Of a DNA stretch of 64,000 bases, positions 45,336 through 52,849 are shown piece after piece. Within the stretch, counting starts at the first letter, position 1. Each line of letters starts with the position of its first letter. Source of the stretch: Planctomycetota bacterium (GTDB lineage: Bacteria > Planctomycetota > J058 > JAJDCQ01); assembly GCA_029260755.1 (NCBI GenBank), contig JAJDCQ010000115.1:24929-88928 (forward strand), written 5' to 3'. The notes below the pieces were generated by a model. The model had not been told where the DNA came from, did no database searches, and was given only the letters and a program-made list of their open reading frames with translations. Position numbers and translations under genes: made by a program.

Positions 45336-47735
45336 ATGCCGGTGAACGACGACGCGAAGAGGGTCGGCTCCGACCCGGCCGCCGGCGCCCGCGCCCTCGC
45401 GCTCGGCGCGCTGGCCGCCTTCGTCGTCGTCCGCCTCCACGTCTCGGGGCTCGCCAGCCACTTCGACTCCCCGAGCACGAACGCGGCGATCGAGACGATC
45501 GGATGGATGGCGGTCGCCCTGACCCTCCTCGCGTCGCTGCTGGGGAGCTCGGCGCCGGGGGGCCCGACGCGGCCCGCGGGGAGGTCGACGATCCCGGCGA
45601 TCGTTCCGGTCGGACTGATCGCCTTCGTCGTCGTCTGCGCGGTCAGCGCGCTGCGCGCCCCGCACGCCGATGTCGCCATCCGGACGGCGGTCTCGTGGAC
45701 GACGCATCTCGCCGTCGCGGCGGCCGCGTTCGCGCTCGTCCGCTCCGATCGGGCCGCCCTCCGCGAGGTCGTCGCCCTCCTCGGCGCGACGGCGCTCAGC
45801 GCCGCCCTCCTCGGCCTCTACGAGTACACCGTCGAGTGGGACGAGATGCGCCGGTTCTACGAGACGGCCGAGGGGCGGGCGGCCGCGTTCGTCCCCGCGA
45901 ATCTCCGGGGCGCGTTCGAAGGTCGCCTCTACGAGCGGGCCGCGATGGGTCCGTTCCTGATCTCGAACCTCCTCGGCGCGTTCATCGCGGTCGCTGCGCC
46001 CTTCGCGATCGCCCCGCTCACCGCCCTCGCCGCTCGACCGGGCCGCGCCGGCGGCGTCCGCGGCGTCGCGATCGCCGGGCTCGTCGCGACCGTCGCGATC
46101 GGGGTCGCCGGCCTGCTGGTGACGAAGTCCAAGGGCGCCCTCATCGCGGCGGCGGCCGCCGCCGCGGTCGCCGCGCTCGTCGTCGCCTTCCGGAAGAGCC
46201 GGCGGACGGGGGCGATCGCCGGCGCGGTGCTCGTCGTCGCGGGCGGCGGCGTCCTCGGCGCCGGCATCCATCGCTGGCGAACGCTTCCGGACTCCGGCGT
46301 CGCCCTCTCGCTCCAGTATCGCCTCGAGTATGCCCAGGCCGCCCTCGGGATGGCCGCGGACCACCCGCTCGGCGGCGTCGGCCTCGGCAACTTCGGGGAC
46401 CGGTTCTCGGAGTATCGGCCGGACCGAGCCGAGGAGACCCGGTTCGCCCACGACGACGCGCTCCAGGTCCTCGCGGAGACCGGGGCGCCCGGGATCATCG
46501 CGATCGCCATCGCCGTCGTCGGCGTGCTCGTCGTCCTGCTCCGCGGTCTGACCGGACCGACCAGGGCCGAGCCCGACGGCGAACGAGCGGCCGAGCCCGG
46601 CGCGGGAGCGGTCGACGCGGCGAGCGCGTCGATGCCCCCCGCCGCGACCACGGCCGCGACGACGTCCGCCGCGACCGCGCCGGGGAGTGCAGGAGCGGGC
46701 GACCGCAGCCCGTTCGTCGCCACCCTCGTCGGCATCCTCTTCGGCGCGACGACGCTGGTCGGACTGCTCGGTCGCTACGCCGAGCCCGACGCGGCGCTCC
46801 GGGTGACGGCCATCGTGCTGCTCGCCTGGGCGTCGCTGCGCCTGGCGGTCGCCGCCCTCGCCGACGCTGCCCCGCTCGCGCTCCGGATCGCCGCCCTCTC
46901 GAGCGCGGCCGCGCTCGGGGTGAGCAGCCTGCTCGACTTCCCGTCCTACGCGCACGGCCTCCAGGCCGCCGCCGCGCTCGTGATCGCGATCGGGCTCGCC
47001 CTCGCGCCGGCGGCGTCGGCAGCCTCCGAGCGGCCCGCGTGGCAGCCGCCGCGCGCGGTGATCGGCGGGCTCGCCCTCGGCGCCACGGCGATCGCGCTGG
47101 TGCTCTGCCTCGGCTATCTGCGGCCGCTCCTGGCCGCCGACCTCGCCGCGGTCGACGGCCGGGAGGCGTTCCGCGAGGCGCTCACGCCGAGCAGCGTCCT
47201 CGACCCCGACGCTCCCGACGAGGCGAGCCGGCGCGAGCGCCTCGACGCGGCCGCGGTGAGCTACGCCGAGGCCCGCGCCCACTGGCCTCGCGGGCTGCGC
47301 CTCGCCCTGGGCGAGGCGACCGCGCGCCTCGCCCGACACAAGATCGGGCGCGACCCGGGCGACCGGGCCGCGGCGATCGCCGCCCTCGACGACGCGGTCG
47401 CCCTCGCGCCCTACCACGCGGGCGTCGCCGCGCGCCTCGGCGAGGCGCACCTGGCCGGCTGGCGGCCGTGGCCCGAGAGCGTCGAGCCGCCGCCGCCCGA
47501 GGCGATCGAGGCCTACGAGCAGGCGATCACGCTCTACCCGAGCCACCCCGGCTACCGCCTGACGACGGCGATCCTGCTCGACGCCGCGGGCCGACGGGAG
47601 GAGGCGGCCGAGCAGGCGCGCGAGGCGCTCCGGATGACCGACCGGGTGCGGAACTACCGGCTGCTGCTCGGGCCGGGCGAGCGAGCGCTCGCGGCGTCGA
47701 TCGCGGCGGGGGAGGGGATCCCCGGTCGTCGGTGA
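45336..47735 (+). CDS. O-antigen ligase (Wzy_C/WaaL-like) polytopic membrane protein with a C-terminal TPR-like domain
   Basis: Multiple TM helices. Wzy_C signature region PLGGVGLGNFGDRFSEYRP…AHDDALQVLAETGAPG. C-terminal helical repeats. ATG at 45336. Confidence 0.65.
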   Translation: MPVNDDAKRVGSDPAAGARALALGALAAFVVVRLHVSGLASHFDSPSTNAAIETIGWMAVALTLLASLLGSSAPGGPTRPAGRSTIPAIVPVGLIAFVVVCAVSALRAPHADVAIRTAVSWTTHLAVAAAAFALVRSDRAALREVVALLGATALSAALLGLYEYTVEWDEMRRFYETAEGRAAAFVPANLRGAFEGRLYERAAMGPFLISNLLGAFIAVAAPFAIAPLTALAARPGRAGGVRGVAIAGLVATVAIGVAGLLVTKSKGALIAAAAAAAVAALVVAFRKSRRTGAIAGAVLVVAGGGVLGAGIHRWRTLPDSGVALSLQYRLEYAQAALGMAADHPLGGVGLGNFGDRFSEYRPDRAEETRFAHDDALQVLAETGAPGIIAIAIAVVGVLVVLLRGLTGPTRAEPDGERAAEPGAGAVDAASASMPPAATTAATTSAATAPGSAGAGDRSPFVATLVGILFGATTLVGLLGRYAEPDAALRVTAIVLLAWASLRLAVAALADAAPLALRIAALSSAAALGVSSLLDFPSYAHGLQAAAALVIAIGLALAPAASAASERPAWQPPRAVIGGLALGATAIALVLCLGYLRPLLAADLAAVDGREAFREALTPSSVLDPDAPDEASRRERLDAAAVSYAEARAHWPRGLRLALGEATARLARHKIGRDPGDRAAAIAALDDAVALAPYHAGVAARLGEAHLAGWRPWPESVEPPPPEAIEAYEQAITLYPSHPGYRLTTAILLDAAGRREEAAEQAREALRMTDRVRNYRLLLGPGERALAASIAAGEGIPGRR

Positions 47736-47783
47736 CGGTGATCGATCGACGGCAGCGCTGACGATGACCGACTTCGTCGATCG

Positions 47784-50700
47784 GTGAAGACGACGGCTCG
47801 CGCTCCGCTCGCCGAGCGTGCTACGATGCCTCCCGTCATGGCGATGAGGCCGGTCGAAGCGAGCGCCCAGGAGCTTCTCGAGCTCGCTTTCAGCGATGAC
47901 CTCACCGGCCTTCGCAACCGCCGCTACTTCTATCACTACCTCTCCGAGAAGATCGAGGCCGCCGGCCCCCAGCCCCAGCCGCTCGCGCTCTGCCTGATCG
48001 ACCTCGACTCGCTCAAGCCGGTCAACGACACCCTCGGCCACGTCGCCGGCGACCGGCTCCTCGCCCGCGTCGCCCACCTGATCCGCGACACCGTCGGCGA
48101 CGAGGGGCTCGCGGTCCGCTACGCCGGCGACGAGTTCGCGATCGTGCTCCCCGGCCGGACCGTCGACGAGGCGGTCGCCCTCGGCGAGCGCGTCCGCGAG
48201 CGCGTCGCGAGCGACCCGTTCTCCGCCCTCGACCTCCCGCCGACGATTCGACCGACCCTCTCGGCCGGCGTCGCCGTCTTCCCGCACGACGCGACCGGGT
48301 GCGAGGAGCTCGTCGATGTCGCCGATCAGGCCCTCTACGCGAGCAAGCGCGCCGGCAAGAACCGCGTCACCCGCGCCGGCTCCGCCGCCTCCGCCGCGCC
48401 CACGGGACGATCGCCGACCGCCGCGACGACGGGCCCGGGCGCGGGCGCCGCCCCGCCACGCGCCGTCGACCGAACCGTCACGCCGGGTCGGGCGCCCCGG
48501 CCGACCGCCGATCCGGGACGCGGCTCGCCCCTCCCGGTCGCCCGACCGCTCATCGGACGCGACGCGGCCGTCTTCGAGGCGATGACCGCGCTCGACCGGC
48601 TCACCCGGCGCGAGCCCGGCCTCGCCCTGCTCTTCTGCGGGCCGAGCGGCCGGGGCAAGTCGCGGATGTGCCGCGAGGTGGCGCGCCTCGCGACGAGCCG
48701 CGGGCTGGCGGTCACCGCCGGCGGCGGGCACGAGGCCGACCGGGGGGAGCCGTTCCGCGCCTTCGCCCGCCTGATCGACAAGGTGCTCGGCGACGACCCC
48801 GTCATGAGGCGCCGCGTCGAGGCCGAGGTCGCGCCGTTCCGCCGGGCGGTCCTCACCGAGATCCTCTCGGAGATCTCCGCGGACCGGAGCGACGCCATCG
48901 ACGGCGCCGCGTCCGACGACGAGAGCGAGACCCTGGCCGCCGTCCGCGGGATGACCGACGTCCTCGCCGTGATCGGGCGCGTCCGACCGACCGTCCTGAT
49001 CCTCGACGACCTCGAGCACGCCGACCGCGGATCGCTCTCCGTGATCGTCCGCTGGGTCGAGACGCGGGGACGCGGCGTCCTCCTCGTGGGGTCGGCGAAC
49101 GCGGCGCTCGGCGGCCAGGAGTGGAGCGAGGCGGCGAAGCGCATCGGTGCCCGCCGGGCGGAGGCCCGGATCGTCGAGCTCTCCGCCCTCGACCGTCCCC
49201 GGACATCGGCCCTGATCGCCTCGTCGTTCCGGGGGAGCACCCCGCCCGACGCGGTCGTCGATCGCGTCTTCACGCTCACCCGCGGCGAGCCGGTCCACAT
49301 CGAGGCGGCGGCGCGGTCGCTCTCCACCTCGGGCGGCGTCGTCCTGCGTCCGAGCGGCGATGCCGAGTTCGGACCGGGCGCGGCGGCCGGCCTCCCGGCG
49401 TCCCGCGAGCAGCTCGTCGAGGCCGACCTCGCGGCGACCGACGGCCCGGTCCGCGAGCTCCTCGAGCAGGCGAGCGTGATCGGAAAGCGCTTCGATCTCG
49501 AGCTGCTCCGCCGCGTCGTCCTCCGGAGCGAGGGCGAGGCGCTCGACCTGCTCGAGGAGGCGCGCCGCCTCCACCTGCTCCGCGACGCCCTCTGGAGCGC
49601 GGGCGCCGACTTCGAGTTCGCGAGCCCGCAGCATCGCGAGCACACCTACCGCCGCACCGATCCCTACCGACGGCGGCGGACGCATCTGATCGTGGCGCAA
49701 GCGCTCGCGGCGCGGCTCGGATCGGACGCGACGGGGCGCGGCGCCGCCCTGATCGCGTGGCACAGCCGTCAGGGCGGGGACCTCGAGGCGGCCGCCGACC
49801 TCGAGGCGATCGTGGCCGCCCGTCGCGACCGATTGACCGACCTGCGCGACCTCGCGGCTCCGCCCGAGCCGCGACCGGAGACCGACGCCGACGGGAGCCG
49901 CGAGGGCGGGTCGGTCGACGCGGCCGTCGCGGTCGAGCTCGTCGCCGGGCTCGCCGCGGCGGTCCGGGCGCACAAGCTCTATCCGCCCGGATCGCGGAGC
50001 TGTCGCGACGCGCTCGCCACCCTCGCGCGCCGGGTCGGCGAGGCGCACGCCGAGGCCAGCGCCATCACCCTCACCGCCGATGGTCCGCGGCTGGCCTGTA
50101 ACGGTCAGCCGCTCCGCGATCCCGCGCCTCCGCCGGTCGCGACGCGGTGGTTGATCGAGACGCTCACCGGCGGCGAGGCCAGCAGCCTCACCATCGCGGC
50201 GCGGGTGAGCCGCGACTCGCTCGCCAGCCTCGTCGCCGTCCTCGCCGAGACGCGGCGCGGGCCCGAGGGTCGGGGTCAGGCGGACCTCGAGGGCCGACTC
50301 GGCGAGCTCGTGCGCGTCTCGGCGACCGCCGCCGGCGCGGCCGAGCGTCCTCGAGCGACCCCGCCGCCGGCCCCGGTCGGGCCCGCGCCCGGTCCGCGCG
50401 CCGCGCCGGCCGACGACGCCCTCTCACCACCGCCCGCCTCGAGCCGGCCGCCCGCGGTCGACCTCTTCGGCCTTCCGCCCGAGCAGCTCGTCGATCGGCT
50501 CGGGCGGCTCGTCACCGACGAGCGCCTCGACGTCGCGCGGTCGGAGCTCGAGCGGCTCGGCGCCGCCCTCGCCGAGAGCGCGCGGCGCGGCGCGGCGGCC
50601 GAGCGCCTCGGCGCGATCATCGACCGCGCCCCTCCGGCGCTCCGCGACACCGCCCGATCGATCCTCCGCGAGCGCCTCGGCGACGCGCTCGGCATCGAGA

Positions 50701-51617
50701 GCGACGAGGCGCGCTTCGACGCGCTCCTCGACCTCGCCGACCGTGCCGTCCCCGCCCTCCTCGCGCGAGGCGACGTGGCCGGCGCGACGCGGATCATCTG
50801 GGCGGCCGGCCGACGCGCCCGCGAGGGTCTGGTCGAACGCGGGCGCCCTCGCCTCGAGCGCTGGCTCGGCGGCGCGTCCGGCGAGCCGATCTGGACCGCC
50901 CTGGCCGAGGGAACCGCGGCGGAGCGCGAGGCGGCTCAGACGCTCCTCGAGGGGGCCGGCGACGCCGCCCTGCCGGGCCTCGTGGCGCTCGCCCGACGCC
51001 CTCTCTCGCCGGCGGGAGAGACGGCCGTCCGGAGCCTCGCCCGCGTCCTGGGCATCGGGGCGGCCGCGGCCCTCGCGGCCGAGATCACGCCGACCCTCGA
51101 CGAGGCGAGCGCCGCCCGCCTCCTCGATCGCGCGCTCGCGGCGGGCGAGGGCGCCGACGCGGTCCTCCGTCGGGCGGCCAGCGCCACCCTCCCCGGCCTC
51201 CGCGCGACGGCGCTCACCCGCGCCGCCGAGCTCGATCCCAAGCTGCTCGTCGAGCTCGCCGGCGCGATCCTGACCGACGCCCCGACCGAGCTCCGCGTCG
51301 TCGCGCTCGACGCGCTCGGCTCCTGCCGCACCGACGCGGCCCGCGACCTGATCCTCGCGACGCTCGCGACCGACGACGGGGACGACGACGTCGCCCGCGC
51401 GTGCTGCGTCGCGCTCGGACGCGCCCCGGACGCCCGCGCGGTCGACCCGTTGATCGCGATCGCCCGCGGCGAGGCATCCGGCGGCGTGCGGGAGGCGTCC
51501 GCCTGGGCGCTTGGCCAGCAGGCCGACCCGCGCGCCCGCTCGGCGCTCGAGGCGCTCGCCGCGGGCGACGATGCGCTCGCCGCGACGGCGCGCCTGCTCC
51601 TCGCCGACGGTGGCTGA
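47784..51617 (+). CDS. Multidomain signalling protein: GGDEF-like domain (AGDEF variant), P-loop NTPase (AAA_16/STAND-like), C-terminal HEAT repeats
   Basis: DLTGLRNRRYF…RYAGDEFAIVLPG marks a GGDEF domain with a degenerate A-G-D-E-F motif. LLFCGPSGRGKSRM is a Walker A. The C-terminus has HEAT/PBS-lyase repeats (…DPLIAIARGEASGGVREASAWALGQ…). Start codon is uncertain (GTG 47784 or ATG 47826/47838). Confidence 0.65.
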   Translation: MKTTARAPLAERATMPPVMAMRPVEASAQELLELAFSDDLTGLRNRRYFYHYLSEKIEAAGPQPQPLALCLIDLDSLKPVNDTLGHVAGDRLLARVAHLIRDTVGDEGLAVRYAGDEFAIVLPGRTVDEAVALGERVRERVASDPFSALDLPPTIRPTLSAGVAVFPHDATGCEELVDVADQALYASKRAGKNRVTRAGSAASAAPTGRSPTAATTGPGAGAAPPRAVDRTVTPGRAPRPTADPGRGSPLPVARPLIGRDAAVFEAMTALDRLTRREPGLALLFCGPSGRGKSRMCREVARLATSRGLAVTAGGGHEADRGEPFRAFARLIDKVLGDDPVMRRRVEAEVAPFRRAVLTEILSEISADRSDAIDGAASDDESETLAAVRGMTDVLAVIGRVRPTVLILDDLEHADRGSLSVIVRWVETRGRGVLLVGSANAALGGQEWSEAAKRIGARRAEARIVELSALDRPRTSALIASSFRGSTPPDAVVDRVFTLTRGEPVHIEAAARSLSTSGGVVLRPSGDAEFGPGAAAGLPASREQLVEADLAATDGPVRELLEQASVIGKRFDLELLRRVVLRSEGEALDLLEEARRLHLLRDALWSAGADFEFASPQHREHTYRRTDPYRRRRTHLIVAQALAARLGSDATGRGAALIAWHSRQGGDLEAAADLEAIVAARRDRLTDLRDLAAPPEPRPETDADGSREGGSVDAAVAVELVAGLAAAVRAHKLYPPGSRSCRDALATLARRVGEAHAEASAITLTADGPRLACNGQPLRDPAPPPVATRWLIETLTGGEASSLTIAARVSRDSLASLVAVLAETRRGPEGRGQADLEGRLGELVRVSATAAGAAERPRATPPPAPVGPAPGPRAAPADDALSPPPASSRPPAVDLFGLPPEQLVDRLGRLVTDERLDVARSELERLGAALAESARRGAAAERLGAIIDRAPPALRDTARSILRERLGDALGIESDEARFDALLDLADRAVPALLARGDVAGATRIIWAAGRRAREGLVERGRPRLERWLGGASGEPIWTALAEGTAAEREAAQTLLEGAGDAALPGLVALARRPLSPAGETAVRSLARVLGIGAAAALAAEITPTLDEASAARLLDRALAAGEGADAVLRRAASATLPGLRATALTRAAELDPKLLVELAGAILTDAPTELRVVALDALGSCRTDAARDLILATLATDDGDDDVARACCVALGRAPDARAVDPLIAIARGEASGGVREASAWALGQQADPRARSALEALAAGDDALAATARLLLADGG

Positions 51618-51698
51618 CGTCGACGCGCGCTTTCATTGCTGACGACGTCGCGCGCTTGATGACCCCATCGCCGTGTGAGAACCCGAACCCTGGCGACT

Positions 51699-51789
51699 CG
51701 TAATCCGCGTAATCCGCGTAATCCGCGGTTCCCACTGGTTCAACGCCGAGAGAGACCGAACCGCGGATTTCACGGATTGCACGGATTGA
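51699..51789. repeat. Palindromic intergenic repeat element, copy 4 (inverted orientation)
   Basis: cgTAATCCGCGTAATCCGCGTAATCCGCGG, then the core in reverse-complement orientation relative to copies 1 and 3, then CCGCGGATTTCACGGATTGCACGGATTG. Confidence 0.7.
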
Positions 51790-51890
51790 TTGTTCCTGGA
51801 ACGGACGTAGGCGTCGGCGACGAGCGCAATGCGAAACGGGCCCGATCGTGTCGGGCCCGTCGCGCATCTCGATCGACGTGGGCCGACGCG

Positions 51891-52808
51891 TCAGTCGCCC
51901 GCGAGCAGCTTCTCCACCTCGGCGTCGAGGTCCTTCGCGGCGACGTCCATCGCCACGACCTCACCCTTCCCGTTCACGATCATCAGGAACGGGACGTGGA
52001 TGATGCCCATCTCATTGTAGAGCGCGGCGTTGAAGCCCTCGCCGTCGTAGACGACGTTCGGGAAGGTCAGCCCCTTCTCATCGACGACCTTCTTCGCGAC
52101 GGCGCCGCTGCGGTCGACCGAGAGACCGATCGTCTGGAGACCCTTGTCGCGGAACTTGTCATGGACCCGCTGGACCAGCGGGAGCTCCGACATGCAGTGG
52201 CCTCACGTGCTCGCCCAGCTCATGATGATCTTCGGCTTGCCGTCGGCGAGCTCCACCCGGAGCGTGTCGTCCGCTCCCGCGACCGGTCCGTAGACGACCC
52301 GGACCTGCTTCATGATGCGATCGTAGAACTCGACGTAGCGAGGATGACGGATCTCGCGCAGCATCCGTCCGAGGAAGAGACGGACCGACGGCTCGACGTC
52401 GGGGCCGAGGCCGTCCTTCTCCGCCCGTTCGAAGACGGCCATCCCCTCCTTCACCCGGTTGCCCGACGCGGCGAACCGGACGACCTGGATCGTGAGGATG
52501 ACCTCGGCCCGCTTCCCGCCCTCGTCCGCGCCGTTGTCCGCCCGCCACGCGCGGAGGCGGTCGAGGACGCCCTGCAGCTCGGCGCTCATGTTTCCGAGCG
52601 TTCTCGTGACGCCCTTCTCGTCGCGCGCCATCGAGAACTTCCGGGCCTCCTCGCGATACTTCTCGCTGACCTCCCGCATGGCCGCGTCCGCCTCGGCGGG
52701 CGTGAGCGGTGTCTCGTCGTCGGCGCGGCTCGGAACGAGCGCGCCGCCCGCGAGGGCGACGAGGACGACGACCGTCGCGACCGTCGTCGGCACTCGGAGT
52801 CTCCTCAT
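51891..52808 (-). CDS. Candidate selenoprotein: secreted thioredoxin-fold (TlpA/redoxin-like) protein with an in-frame TGA (Sec) replacing the first Cys of CxxC
   Basis: ORFs 52203..53081 and 51891..52193 are in the same frame, separated only by the TGA at 52203-52205. Read-through gives …KPKIIMSWAST-U-GHCMSELP…, matching the redoxin motif W-A-x-x-C-x-x-C with U at the first Cys. A SECIS-like hairpin lies 20 nt downstream. The N-terminal signal peptide starts MRRLRVPTTVATVVVLVALAGGA after a ggag RBS. Confidence 0.5.
52166..52182 (-). other. SECIS-like stem-loop immediately downstream of the in-frame UGA
   Basis: The mRNA reads UGA + 20 nt, then CCCGCUG-GUC-CAGCGGG: a 7-bp GC-rich stem with apical GGUC, reminiscent of the E. 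coli fdhF SECIS apical loop. Confidence 0.4.
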
Positions 52809-52849
52809 GAGATGCTCCTCTCTCCGGACCGGGCTCCCGGAACGGAAGC

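Noticed and set aside
45288-50048. 1586-aa minus-strand ORF antisense to the O-antigen ligase and GGDEF/AAA/HEAT genes
   Set aside because: Arg/Gly/Asp/Glu-rich with no domain. The + strand genes have clear Wzy_C, GGDEF and Walker motifs.
51891-52193. Annotating the 100-aa thioredoxin-like ORF as a stand-alone gene and 52203..53081 as a separate hypothetical
   Set aside because: The two are in-frame across a single TGA that falls exactly on the first Cys of the CxxC motif. The 100-aa piece alone lacks the active site and its N-terminal beta-strands. The Sec read-through model (or a pseudogene) is more parsimonious. The pseudogene alternative is retained in the finding.
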